Assembly (NCBI GenBank): GCA_964502145.1
Contig: CAZCVI010000002.1
Span: 117,383-181,382, forward strand
Source of the DNA: an uncultured Clostridia bacterium
GTDB lineage: Bacteria > Acidobacteriota > Aminicenantia > UBA2199
Direction of reading: 5' to 3'
Length of the DNA stretch: 64,000 bases
In this document: positions 1-9,233 of the stretch, one piece after another
Layout: each line of letters opens with the position of its first letter
Numbering within the stretch: the stretch's first letter is position 1
The notes under the pieces: generated by a model
What the model saw: only the letters and a program-made list of their open reading frames with translations
Databases searched by the model: none
Told to the model about the DNA's origin: nothing
Position numbers and translations under genes: made by a program

Positions 1-1
1 C

Positions 2-277
2 TTAAAACAACTGGAGAAGGCAGCAGCCGATAAAGACTTACTGCGCCAATTAGAGTTAGAGGAAATGGCCTATCGAGAATATGACAGTACAATCGGCATG
101 TTGGAGAGAAAGTTAGGCGAAAAAGAGCAAGCCTTAAACGAAAAAAATCAAGCCTTAAACGAAAAAGAGCAGGCTTTGAACGAAAAAGATCAGGAGCTCA
201 ACGAAAATAAACGTATGATTGAAGAGAAAAATCAATACATTGCAGAACTCTTAAAAAAGCTGGAAAAAGAAAAATAG
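2..277 (+). CDS. PD-(D/E)XK nuclease-family (Rpn/YhgA-like 'transposase') protein, C-terminal fragment; 5' end outside window
   Basis: The frame is open from nt 2. The translation LKQLEKAAADKDLLRQLELEEMAYREYDSTIGMLERKLGEKEQ...KLEKEK is near-identical to the C-terminus of the complete paralog at 472..1326. TAG stop at 275-277. Confidence 0.65.
   Translation, partial: LKQLEKAAADKDLLRQLELEEMAYREYDSTIGMLERKLGEKEQALNEKNQALNEKEQALNEKDQELNENKRMIEEKNQYIAELLKKLEKEK
125..208 (+). repeat. In-frame 21-bp (heptad) tandem repeat, 4 units (EKEQALN/EKNQALN/EKEQALN/EKDQELN)
   Basis: Units at 125-145, 146-166, 167-187 and 188-208 (gagcaagccttaaacgaaaaa and variants). The paralog at 1236-1256 has a single unit. 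Confidence 0.9.
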
Positions 278-471
278 TAAAAAGAGAAAGGCAGGAATGT
301 CTAATACTGGAAAAGATGCGTTTTGTTTATGCGCTTACGCCAGCTTGAAATTCAGGAATACCTGTCGCCAGGGGCACATTTTTTTCCATGGATCATGGAA
401 AAAAGTGGATTGGTGTTGACAAGCAGCATCAATTGGATTATTATTTAGATAGGAATCAGGAGGTTCTTTAC

Positions 472-1326
472 ATGTTGATCGCTAACCCCATTTATGACAC
501 TGTTTTTAAATATCTGATGGACAATGCTGAAATTGCCAGAGGAATAATCGCCACCATCATCGGGGAGAACATCGTTCATTTGGATTTACAGGCCCAGGAA
601 AGCCATGTCCAAGTAGAGGGCAGGTTAACCTTTTATCATCTTGATTTTATCGCCAAGATCAAGCAAAAAAACGGGGAATATAAAACCGTGTTGATTGAAC
701 TCCAAAAATCCAGTAACCCCACTGATATTATCCGGTTCCGACGCTACCTGGGCGAGCAATATAGAAAAGAAGAGGATATCTTGGCTGAATCTGGGACCAT
801 TACGAAAGAACCTTTACCCATAATCACCATTTACATTTTAGGTTATTTCTTATCCAAGACTTTGCCCGGGGTAATCAAGGTAAACCGGGTATATAAAGAT
901 TTATTAGGTGGCCAGGAAATTTTTGAGCGGAATGAGTTTATCGAGTGTTTAACCCATGATTCTTATGTCATCCAGATTCCCAGGTTACACTTAGAGATGA
1001 AAAACCGGTTGGAATATATCCTGTCGATATTCAAACAGGAGAGATTTATAGCGGATGATCACCGTTTGAAAGATTATATCTATGAAATCGACGATGAATT
1101 GATGAAAATGATCTTAAAACAACTGGAGAAGGCAGCAGCCGATAAAGACTTACTGCGCCAATTAGAGCTAGAGGAAATGGCCTATCGAGAATATGACAGT
1201 ACAATCGGCATGTTGGAAAGAAAGTTAGGCGAAAAAGAGCAAGAGCTCAACGAAAATAAACGCACGATTGAAGAGAAAAATCAATACATTGCAGAACTCT
1301 TAAAAAAGCTGGAAAAAGAAAAATAA
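472..1326 (+). CDS. PD-(D/E)XK nuclease-family protein (Rpn/YhgA-like, 'transposase_31/PDDEXK_2'-type) with C-terminal coiled coil
   Basis: The ORF track gives 388..1326. I prefer the ATG at 472, which has a GGAGG at 459-463 (8-nt spacing). N-terminus is MLIANPIYDTVFKYLM. The motif D...(V)LIELQK (HLDFIAKIK...TVLIELQKS) fits the D-x(n)-E-x-Q/K nuclease signature of this family. Confidence 0.7.
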   Translation: MLIANPIYDTVFKYLMDNAEIARGIIATIIGENIVHLDLQAQESHVQVEGRLTFYHLDFIAKIKQKNGEYKTVLIELQKSSNPTDIIRFRRYLGEQYRKEEDILAESGTITKEPLPIITIYILGYFLSKTLPGVIKVNRVYKDLLGGQEIFERNEFIECLTHDSYVIQIPRLHLEMKNRLEYILSIFKQERFIADDHRLKDYIYEIDDELMKMILKQLEKAAADKDLLRQLELEEMAYREYDSTIGMLERKLGEKEQELNENKRTIEEKNQYIAELLKKLEKEK

Positions 1327-1384
1327 TAGAAAAGTTGGAAGAAATTCCTTACAACATTCTAATTATACCACTATTGAAAAAGTT

Positions 1385-1431
1385 CCGCAAAACTTCTGAT
1401 CTTGATGTCTCCTATCTCAGAAGTTTTGCGG
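1385..1431. terminator. 15-bp perfect inverted repeat between convergent genes (putative bidirectional terminator hairpin, no clear U-tract)
   Basis: ccgcaaaacttctga (1385-1399) and tcagaagttttgcgg (1417-1431) with a 17-nt loop. It lies between the + gene ending at 1326 and the - gene ending at 1453. Confidence 0.4.
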
Positions 1432-1452
1432 ATAATTCAGGCACCAGGATTG

Positions 1453-4400
1453 TTACTTAAAAACATCCTGGCTATCAGAGGCTGTGATATGGATTTCTAC
1501 TATATTCTTATAAGATCCACCCGCCCTATCTTTCACCACGAACACCAAGCGATACCTCCCCAGGAACCCAGGCCCTGGCGACCAATAAAAAGTCCGCTTA
1601 TCATTCACCACCGTGGAACCAACAGGCAATGGCTTTAACCCAGTAGGGGAGAGCCGATACCCCTGGATTTCCACACTGTTTTCTGGAAAGAAAATTTCCA
1701 CATGCTCCAGTTCCTTAAGCGTGATCTTACGCACTCCCTTTTCATCTGCAACAAGGGTTAGTGGTTCTCCATGGGTATTAAAACCAGTCCTGTATGTTAA
1801 CGATTCCAATACATCATTGGTTAGAACGCTGGAAGCATCCATGGCTTGGCTTGCTACCCTGGAACTGCCACTATTAAAGATAGTCATGTAACGACTACCA
1901 ATACCGTCTGTATTCCCTGCATTGTCCGTCACGGTCCACTGGATGGAATGCACCCCATTGGTATAACCGGTAGTGTTCAAATAAAAATACCCGACGGCAC
2001 CACCACTGTTGTTGTAACCAGGAAATAGAGTGCTAATGTCCTCACGGTAAAGATTGTAGGTGGGAGAACCAAGATTCACACCATCCACCCATACATTGAT
2101 AGTAGAACCATTGCTAGGGATGGTGTTGGGCAAGGGTGTTAATGCCCAACCCCAATTCAAAAAAGCACGACCAGAAGCTAAACCTCCCTGAGTCGGTGTA
2201 TCAATGGCACCAAACGGTTTGACGGCGTGGGCATTGTCCACGGTAATGGTTTTGGTGCCCAAGATGACCTCGTTACCTTCCTCATCCACAGCCACAGCAT
2301 AAAGGGTAAACGACCCATTGCCACCATTGGGGAGAAAGTTGGTCAGTAACATGTAACCCCAACCCGCCAAATAATTCTTGGGGTAATCAGGGTAAGTTAA
2401 TTCCACATCGGGCCTCATTCCTTCCACAAAGATGGCTTGACCAATATAAACCGGAGTGTTTTCCTCGCCACTAACCGGGGCGCGTTTGATATAAACCGCA
2501 TCCACCCCCACATCATCCAAAACCCAACCGGTTACGGCGATACTGCTCCTCACTGTAGCTCCTTCGGTGGGTGTTTCAAAAATACCGAAAGGGGAAGAAC
2601 TCCCTGACAAATTATTCACAGTCACGGCTATAGTCTGGGGCGAGTTGGCGGCATGATCATCGGATACTGTAATGGTACCACTGTAAGTACCAATACTCAA
2701 TCCGGTAGGATTCACACTCACGGTGATGCTTCCATTACCCGTGCCTGAAATGGGGGTTACGCTTAACCAACTGCGATCTGACGATGCGCTCCAAGATAAT
2801 GTACCAGTACCACTGCTGCCAATAAAAACCTGCTGCGCGGGAGTTACAGTACTCCCATTCACGGCACTAAAAAGAAGGGCGGCACGATTTAATTGGATCG
2901 TAATCCCAGAAATAACATTGGTAATAGTAAACACGGCATCACTACTATCGGTTATACCGGTATCAGTAGTGCTGCTGATTCGGATCAGACAAAACGTGGA
3001 CGGGGTGGCAGAGGGAACGAGCCAATTAAAATTGCCAGTATTGGTGGTCGAACTGGCCACAGTGCTCCAACTACTGCCATTATTTGACGAAAACTCGATT
3101 TTTACATTGGCTATCGTGCCACTGGAAGTCCAGGTAATAGCATGGGTAGAACCCAGCAACCAGATTTGCCCGCCATTGGGAGAGGTCAGGGTTAAACTGG
3201 AGACCGCACCACCATTTTCAGCAGCAAAATAATACTGCCCAAACCGATTGGACCAACCATGAACTTTTACCTCGGTATCGGGGTACACATTTGAATTGTA
3301 AGACGTGGGCGAGCGCAGTGAAGAATCCTCTATATAGAGATTCCCCGGCGATATCAAGAAATACCGAATATAATCCTGGAACGCAGGACGCATATAATTT
3401 CTGTAGGAGACTTCCCCGGTTTCCGTATAACAAAAGCCAGCGGCGTTCAGGGTCATAAACACGTAGGTCGGTTCACCATTGGTTTGCACCAAGAGAGAAC
3501 GGTCAACCATATAAGGCAGTTGCCGTGCCCGGTATTGACCGAGCTCATTGGTATCACCACCAAAAGTGATACTCATCAACCAGGTGGTCATACGCCGGAT
3601 TAACCCCAATAGGGAAGTGGCATAGGTATTATCACGACCCTTGAATACTTCAGCGTAAGCTTTAATTGCAGGTTCTAAGAAATAACAATTCATCAGGGGC
3701 TGCGATAAGTTAGGGTCATCATTGGCATACACATACCCATGACCGCCAGCAGCAGTCTCCCTGTCAAACACGCCTTTTAACACATCTTTGAGAGCTTGCT
3801 GGATGGTTTTAGTGCCATAATCACTAGTATGGAACGTAGCATTGGGATTCATACGCCATTGGGTCACCAGATTATCCACGATCCAGCCCGCAATACGGAT
3901 TTCATCGGTATCAATATAGCCATTGATGTTAAAGGATTCATACACATATTGCCGCATCCCCTCCACCAATTCATCGTAAATATCCTTGCCCCGGGGTTCA
4001 CCAGTGAGCAACCAATAGAGGGCATAACCCTGGACCCAGGTATGACTGGGACGGCCAGGACCAAAACAGTTGTCAGGGGAATCATTGGATGGACGGGTCT
4101 CCCAGTTCTTCTGATAATTATAGGCGGTGCCATTGGCGTTGGTATGGTAGATATCAAAATCTATTTCATGTTTGACAAACACACGGGCAGCGTCCAAGAA
4201 GGCCATATGGCCAGTGCGCATGAAATGCAAGAACATGCCGTACCCCCAGTCATAACTGTTCCCAGAATACACACCACAACCACCCCCCCATTGCAGGTCG
4301 CCATAATTGTTCCAACTGTTGATATCCTGGTACAGAGAACCCCAAACAGTGATACCCGTAGTGCCCGATGGGCTGACAACATCGGCCTGGATCACTTTGG

Positions 4401-5424
4401 ACCGTTGTAATTTTTCATAGAGGTCAAAATCGGCTTGCAGGGAAGTTTCAAAACCAGTCTTCGGCAGAGTGACCTGCCCCCAGGCACGGGTAGCGGCATA
4501 ATAGGCGGGTGTGGCCACAGCCAATGGCCGGGGCGTGGTATAACCGTCGGCTAACACACCGGTTGCAGTGTAACGACTCTCCCGTTTGACGGGACTACCA
4601 CTTTGGGGCACATCCAGTTCAAAGGTTTTTTCCACACCCTGACCAAACACATAACTTCCACCCTGGTTTAATAAGGGAACCCCAAACGTGGCACCACTCA
4701 AGGTCACGGCTGGACCCTGGGGATTATAGTTCCAGCCAAAGGAATTGTTGTTGCGAAGGGTGAACTGGGCACGGATGGAGGAGTGGTTTTTAAAAAAGAA
4801 GAACCGGGCGCGAAAACCCACCAGGGCGTTACTCAACCGCGTGCTGCCATTGTAAAAATTCCCTTCCACCCTGACAATGGTTTTTAGCGGGCCGGACTCT
4901 TCCACGGTCCATAACCCGCTACCGGGAACAGCCAGATAGGTAGTACCACCAGCAGTGACAGAGAAATTTTTTCCCGCTACTACCAGTTCGCTTTTATTAA
5001 AGGTAAAGCTGGTGGTCCCAGTATTCACGGTCAGGTTGGAACTTTGGTTGTTAACAATAATCCCGGTCACTGTAGCGGGTGTAGCCCCAGTGCGCAGGGT
5101 AAGGGAAACCGTATCGGTAGCCGGCAGGTCGAGTTGAAAATCCAACAGCAACCAACGAATACTACCATCGGGCCAAACAGCCAATGTACGAAATTGGCAG
5201 GGAATCTCGGTGCTGCCTTGCATAAGTTTGACTGTCGTGGTGCCTGTTTGAAGCCCCTCGGCAAAGGGAATACCGGAAGTGATAGGTTCTGCCGTTTTAG
5301 CCACCGCTTCCCGGTTGGTAACGGTCAAAGCCACATCCAAGGCTGCCAAAAAAAACGTGCAAGAACAAAATATCAGACAAAATACAAAAACCGCCATTAT
5401 CCTCTGTTTGTTCACATTTCTCAT
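1453..5424 (-). CDS. Large secreted multidomain protein (N-terminal ~750-aa catalytic-looking region of unknown family; BACON-like and Ig-like beta-sandwich repeats at C-terminus)
   Basis: The track ORF is 1453..5538. I chose the internal ATG at 5424, preceded by GGAGG 8 nt upstream. It starts MRNVNKQRIMAVFVFCLIFCSCTFFLAA (signal peptide). The segment LSWSASSDRSWLSVTPISGTGNGSITVSVNPTGLSIGTYSGTITV is BACON-like. Several Ser/Thr-rich Ig-like segments follow. Confidence 0.75.
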   Translation of the reverse strand: MRNVNKQRIMAVFVFCLIFCSCTFFLAALDVALTVTNREAVAKTAEPITSGIPFAEGLQTGTTTVKLMQGSTEIPCQFRTLAVWPDGSIRWLLLDFQLDLPATDTVSLTLRTGATPATVTGIIVNNQSSNLTVNTGTTSFTFNKSELVVAGKNFSVTAGGTTYLAVPGSGLWTVEESGPLKTIVRVEGNFYNGSTRLSNALVGFRARFFFFKNHSSIRAQFTLRNNNSFGWNYNPQGPAVTLSGATFGVPLLNQGGSYVFGQGVEKTFELDVPQSGSPVKRESRYTATGVLADGYTTPRPLAVATPAYYAATRAWGQVTLPKTGFETSLQADFDLYEKLQRSKVIQADVVSPSGTTGITVWGSLYQDINSWNNYGDLQWGGGCGVYSGNSYDWGYGMFLHFMRTGHMAFLDAARVFVKHEIDFDIYHTNANGTAYNYQKNWETRPSNDSPDNCFGPGRPSHTWVQGYALYWLLTGEPRGKDIYDELVEGMRQYVYESFNINGYIDTDEIRIAGWIVDNLVTQWRMNPNATFHTSDYGTKTIQQALKDVLKGVFDRETAAGGHGYVYANDDPNLSQPLMNCYFLEPAIKAYAEVFKGRDNTYATSLLGLIRRMTTWLMSITFGGDTNELGQYRARQLPYMVDRSLLVQTNGEPTYVFMTLNAAGFCYTETGEVSYRNYMRPAFQDYIRYFLISPGNLYIEDSSLRSPTSYNSNVYPDTEVKVHGWSNRFGQYYFAAENGGAVSSLTLTSPNGGQIWLLGSTHAITWTSSGTIANVKIEFSSNNGSSWSTVASSTTNTGNFNWLVPSATPSTFCLIRISSTTDTGITDSSDAVFTITNVISGITIQLNRAALLFSAVNGSTVTPAQQVFIGSSGTGTLSWSASSDRSWLSVTPISGTGNGSITVSVNPTGLSIGTYSGTITVSDDHAANSPQTIAVTVNNLSGSSSPFGIFETPTEGATVRSSIAVTGWVLDDVGVDAVYIKRAPVSGEENTPVYIGQAIFVEGMRPDVELTYPDYPKNYLAGWGYMLLTNFLPNGGNGSFTLYAVAVDEEGNEVILGTKTITVDNAHAVKPFGAIDTPTQGGLASGRAFLNWGWALTPLPNTIPSNGSTINVWVDGVNLGSPTYNLYREDISTLFPGYNNSGGAVGYFYLNTTGYTNGVHSIQWTVTDNAGNTDGIGSRYMTIFNSGSSRVASQAMDASSVLTNDVLESLTYRTGFNTHGEPLTLVADEKGVRKITLKELEHVEIFFPENSVEIQGYRLSPTGLKPLPVGSTVVNDKRTFYWSPGPGFLGRYRLVFVVKDRAGGSYKNIVEIHITASDSQDVFK

Positions 5425-5831
5425 TTTAACGCCCTCCGTAACGGCGTGTTTAATTCTTACTGGCACGATGCTATTCAAATAACCATTCAAATAATATGAC
5501 CTATAAGAAATTTTAAACATCAAACAAGCGAAAGTCAACCATTAATAAAAAAAAAGTAGGAAGGAAAAATAGAGAACTGTAACGAGAACAGTTGATAATG
5601 TTTTGCCTCTCATAAAATTGGAGTTTTCAAAAGTTTCCTTAGCATTATAATATAACTTGGAAGAAACCGCTGAGCGAAAAATACCATATTCATCCCACGC
5701 AATTGGTGAGGAGGAAAAAGCAGTTATTCGAAGGTGCGTCCGAAATATTCAATCGTAGTAACACCGGGCGAATCTACTGTGAACACAAGGAGGCTGTCCC
5801 CTCCCATCCTCCTGTAACCGTAAACAGTGAT

Positions 5832-7337
5832 TTAATACCGCACCCCTTTTTGGTATAACATCGCTTCGTAAGCAGCCATCACTTCGGCCCACTGGTCAAT
5901 AGGTATTTGGTGGGTAAATGGATTTCTTATCTCGAATACACCGGCTTCTCCCTCTTCTTTGTTAACATGAAGCAAGCTGGAGTCTGTATTTTTTAAAATA
6001 GCTTCTGCTTGCGTCTCTTGAGTCTTACGATTTTTAATCAATATCTTCTCTCCCCTTAAAACCGCGAGTGTATCATTTAAGGCACTTATTTTCAGAAAAT
6101 TGGCATGGAAAATATTCGGACCTTGGGTTATCTTATCTTGAAGTTTTGCAATTCTAAAATCTAAATCGAGATTCTTAAGTTGTTCCATCCAACCCTCTGG
6201 TTTCCCATTTATAAGATGATCCATTTTTTCTAATAGACTATATGTTTCTAAGTCCTCTTTATCGCTGGGAATATTCCCTTCTGCCAATTTTGGATAGTCA
6301 GTGGCATCAAATGCTTCTTTTAAAGTTGCTGGGAACAGACCTGCCGTTTTAGGATCAACTGTTGAGTCTTTTAAAGCACTTGTCCACAATTCTTGAATAT
6401 TGGCACGTGGTAATGCGTCGAGTATGTTTTTATCTATTATATCTTTTGTGGGGCTAAAAAAATCTTCCTGAGATCTCAAATACTTAAAGTATGAAACTCT
6501 TGGCACATTCACCAACGCCCTTATGGTTGATTTTAAGATGGATGGAAGTTCGGCTCCTAACTTTTTACTCAATATTTCCACTATATTATTATATAATTGG
6601 ATAGAGAATTGTTTGGCGTTGTCCAGGCAGGTATTGACGGTTTTTTCCTGTACTATTAGAACATGGTCTTCAAATGTAAAGCTATTGATTAAATCGAAAA
6701 TATCGAGGAAGGTTGAAGATGTCGCCTTGGTGGGGGAGACGTTTATTTGAAATGCACCTTGAGAACCTTCTTGGACTTGAAGGATTGGCCCTTGTCTATT
6801 ATTTACTTCAGCCCATTTTGCTTCTAACGCCATTAAGGGCATATCTTTTAAAAGCGATTTCCCTCTGATTTTGGCGATTTTTACAAAATCGGCCAGATAG
6901 GCGACCTGAAATGTGAGGCTCAGGGGATTCTCGGGCGGATATTGATCATGGAGCCCTGTGGCCAGTTCAAAAGTAGCATATTTTTTATTTGGAGCTTCGA
7001 GATGAATTTCTGTCTCTATTCCAGGTACGATAGCCCCTACTTTTTCGCCCTGGGATACACTAGTGCCAACATCATAATCCAATGTAGCCCCAACTACTTC
7101 TATTTCCGCCCCAATTTTTCTTTGTATTGAATTCGTTTGCTTGTTGGATAGATTCCCTTCTGTTGCTTCGGTTTCGCCGTCCAAATTTCCGGATGGCGTC
7201 ATAACCGTTTCTTCACCAAAAATAGGGGGATGGTGATTTGTTTTTTTATTATTTGCACTCTTTATCTGCTGGGCAACGGCTTCAGCAGCCGCCATACTTT
7301 TATTCTCATTCTTTGTCTTCATTGCTGCGGCATACAT
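5832..7337 (-). CDS. Hypothetical protein, 501 aa (no confident family; weak amidoligase/GS-like end motifs)
   Basis: Long ORF with a GAGGAAA RBS-like element about 5 nt upstream of the ATG at 7337. Low-complexity N-terminus (...NKQTNSIQRK), then IGAEIEVVG. C-terminus reads GVFEIRNPF...IDQWAEVMAAYEAML. Confidence 0.6.
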   Translation of the reverse strand: MYAAAMKTKNENKSMAAAEAVAQQIKSANNKKTNHHPPIFGEETVMTPSGNLDGETEATEGNLSNKQTNSIQRKIGAEIEVVGATLDYDVGTSVSQGEKVGAIVPGIETEIHLEAPNKKYATFELATGLHDQYPPENPLSLTFQVAYLADFVKIAKIRGKSLLKDMPLMALEAKWAEVNNRQGPILQVQEGSQGAFQINVSPTKATSSTFLDIFDLINSFTFEDHVLIVQEKTVNTCLDNAKQFSIQLYNNIVEILSKKLGAELPSILKSTIRALVNVPRVSYFKYLRSQEDFFSPTKDIIDKNILDALPRANIQELWTSALKDSTVDPKTAGLFPATLKEAFDATDYPKLAEGNIPSDKEDLETYSLLEKMDHLINGKPEGWMEQLKNLDLDFRIAKLQDKITQGPNIFHANFLKISALNDTLAVLRGEKILIKNRKTQETQAEAILKNTDSSLLHVNKEEGEAGVFEIRNPFTHQIPIDQWAEVMAAYEAMLYQKGVRY

Positions 7338-7616
7338 ATTTCTTTCCTCATTATTTCATCCATATTAATTCTAACACAAGAAATATAAAGAAACAAGGAG
7401 AATTACAGCCCTGGATTCCCCGCCAAATTTCTGGAAAGCTTCGACTTACAGAACCTTCTGGACCAACTGGACTTCCCAAAACCTTATAATTTTGTATAGC
7501 TTGTCCAGTATAAAGTATCGAATAGGCTGTTCGAGGCGCATTGTCCCTGGTTTCTTTTTCATATCCCTTTGTAGACTCCTGGTCATCCCACCATCCGACG
7601 AATCACGGTTCAGAAA

Positions 7617-7667
7617 CTGTCTCCCCCATTTTTCCAAGTAGAAAAACTGTGCCCAGTGCTTTACTTC
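7617..7667 (+). repeat. 51-bp direct repeat, copy 1 (upstream of higBA)
   Basis: ctgtctcccccatttttccaagtagaaaaactgtgcccagtgctttacttc is identical to 8408-8458 except for one base (c/g). Confidence 0.95.
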
Positions 7668-7711
7668 ATTTTTGATTTGACATTTTGTCGTTTATAAGCT
7701 ACCATTATACT

Positions 7712-8056
7712 ATGGCCAACACACAGAGGATTTTGAAAGTTTATATGGATTCCCGCGGTAAAGAGCCTTTTATTGAGTGGTTGGAATCGATAAAGGACCG
7801 TAAAAACAGAAGTAGGATTATTACTAGATTGGATCGTTTGGAAGTCGGTAATCCCGGTGATTCCCGCCATTTGGGTAATGGGTTGTTTGAACTACGCTTG
7901 GACTTTGGCCCCGGCTTTCGGATTTATTATGGTGAAGATGACGCGGTGATCCTAATTTTGCTGGTGGGTGGCGATAAAGGGACGCAATCCGCAGATATCA
8001 AAAAAGCCCAATCTTATTGGAAGAGGTATCAGGAGGAAAAAAATGAGAAATTTTAG
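7712..8056 (+). CDS. higB: Type II toxin, RelE/ParE superfamily (HigB-like 'addiction module killer protein')
   Basis: MANTQRILKVYMDSRGKEPFIEWLESI...GNGLFELRLDFGPGFRIYYGEDDAVILILLVGGDKGTQSADIKKA is the typical HigB/TIGR02683-like pattern. The ATG at 7712 is preferred over the TTG at 7685. It overlaps the downstream antitoxin gene. Confidence 0.8.
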   Translation: MANTQRILKVYMDSRGKEPFIEWLESIKDRKNRSRIITRLDRLEVGNPGDSRHLGNGLFELRLDFGPGFRIYYGEDDAVILILLVGGDKGTQSADIKKAQSYWKRYQEEKNEKF

Positions 8057-8369
8057 AGATTATCTAAAAGATAAATTGGTCGATCAAGCAGAAGCAGTTT
8101 CTTATCTAAATGTCGCCCTGGAAGAGTATGAAAAAGATCACGATGCCGATGCTTTTTTGCTGGCACTACGTACAGTTACCGAGGCAAATGGCGGTATCTC
8201 TGAATTGGCAAAAAAAACCAATCTAAACAGGCAACACCTGTATCGGTCATTATCAAACAAAGGAAATCCCAGACTGATTACACTGGAAACAGTTTTGCAT
8301 GGACTGGGACTCCGGTTGTCTATTGTCCCTCTTGGAAACAAAAGTCTGGAGACGGAGCACAGAGTATAA
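8043..8369 (+). CDS. higA: Type II antitoxin, HigA-like HTH 'addiction module antidote protein'
   Basis: MRNFRDYLKDKL...AFLLALRTVTEANGGISELAKKTNLNRQHLYRSLSNKGNPRLITLETVLHGLGLRLSIVPL contains an HTH and matches the TIGR02684-like pattern. The ATG at 8043 overlaps the higB stop by 14 nt. Confidence 0.8.
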   Translation: MRNFRDYLKDKLVDQAEAVSYLNVALEEYEKDHDADAFLLALRTVTEANGGISELAKKTNLNRQHLYRSLSNKGNPRLITLETVLHGLGLRLSIVPLGNKSLETEHRV

Positions 8370-8407
8370 ATTTCCTGGCTGTTTCTTCCATCAAGTAGGG
8401 GCTTGAG

Positions 8408-8458
8408 CTGTCTCCCCCATTTTTCCAAGTAGAAAAACTGTGGCCAGTGCTTTACTTC
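8408..8458 (+). repeat. 51-bp direct repeat, copy 2 (downstream of higBA)
   Basis: 50/51 identical to 7617-7667. Confidence 0.95.
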
Positions 8459-8504
8459 TTTACTTTATATTTGTTCAATTGCAAGAAGTAAAGAAGTAAA
8501 ACAC
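8447..8504. repeat. 19-bp imperfect inverted repeat (large hairpin) overlapping the end of direct-repeat copy 2
   Basis: gtgctttacttctttactt (8447-8465) pairs with aagtaaagaagtaaaacac (8486-8504) at 18/19 complementarity, with a 20-nt loop. Confidence 0.8.
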
Positions 8505-8652
8505 CGTCCCCTTTTTTGGCCAAGGAATCAATAAATGGCAAATTAAAAGTGCTTCAGCGGGAACCGTATCACCTTTTTTGATCACGTTTTGGCCTTACCA
8601 ATGACATAAATTTTCATACCACCTTTCCTTTATCAAAACAGTCACGTTCACA

Positions 8653-8997
8653 CTATAATGAGAGTACTTTCTTTATGCCCTGTTCGACTTTTTTAAGATA
8701 TTTGGTACCAATTTTCCCGACGAATTCTGTCAATACCTCTTTATCAATGGTAATCAATTGGGAAACGTTTATGACTGAATCCTTTGTTAACGCGGACTCT
8801 TCTTTCTTTAAAAAAACGTTCCCAGGAGCTTCGGCCAATCTAAGATTGCTGGTTATAACCACCACCACAACTGTATTGATTTTACTCCTGTTAAAGGTAT
8901 CGGCCTGCATGACCAGCACAGGTCGTCTGTACCCGGGACCTGAACCTGAGGGTAAATCCAAATCAGCCCACCAAATGGACCCCCGCTCAATTACCAT
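8653..8997 (-). CDS. mazF: Type II toxin, PemK/MazF-family endoribonuclease
   Basis: MVIERGSIWWADLDLPSGSGPGYRRPVLVMQADTFNRSKINTVVVVVITSNLRLAEAPGNVFL is the canonical MazF/PemK N-terminal pattern. Confidence 0.85.
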   Translation of the reverse strand: MVIERGSIWWADLDLPSGSGPGYRRPVLVMQADTFNRSKINTVVVVVITSNLRLAEAPGNVFLKKEESALTKDSVINVSQLITIDKEVLTEFVGKIGTKYLKKVEQGIKKVLSL

Positions 8998-9233
8998 TCT
9001 TCTTTTTGCACTATTTTCAACTGTGCCTGATAAAGCCCTTTATCCATTACCGAGGGATTCGTTTGATCTTCATACAATGCATTTAACTGCTGTGTTACAT
9101 TTTCCTCTTTTTTATCCTTCAGATACTCTTCTATTGCCCTCGCATAAAATTCACTGCGAGTTACCTTTAATTGGTGGGCGATTTTCTCGGCCAATGCAAA
9201 TATATTATCCGGTATGTATACTGCTGTTTTCAT
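8991..9233 (-). CDS. Ribbon-helix-helix (CopG/MazE-like) antitoxin
   Basis: MKTAVYIPDNIFALAEKIAHQLKVTRSEFYARAIEEYL shows an RHH pattern. There is a 7-nt overlap with the downstream mazF-like gene. Confidence 0.75.
   Translation of the reverse strand: MKTAVYIPDNIFALAEKIAHQLKVTRSEFYARAIEEYLKDKKEENVTQQLNALYEDQTNPSVMDKGLYQAQLKIVQKEEW

Noticed and set aside
1402-5499. Many + strand ORFs lie opposite the 1323-aa secreted protein gene: 1402..1638, 1613..1891, 2723..3232, 3796..4410, 5044..5499 and others.
   Set aside because: They are shadow ORFs inside a long, motif-rich minus-strand gene. They have low-complexity or odd composition and no RBS.
7446-8428. ORFs 7446..7637 and 8138..8428 (-) both start MEKWGRQ, suggesting a repeated small gene.
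   Set aside because: The shared N-terminus is simply the 51-bp direct repeat read on the minus strand. The remainder of the two ORFs is unrelated, and one is antisense to higA.
7617-8504. The TA cassette flanked by repeats plus a hairpin could be an integron gene cassette with attC sites.
   Set aside because: I found no R''/R' core sites (RYYYAAC / GTTRRRY). Only one of the two repeat copies is associated with a palindrome, and no intI gene is nearby.
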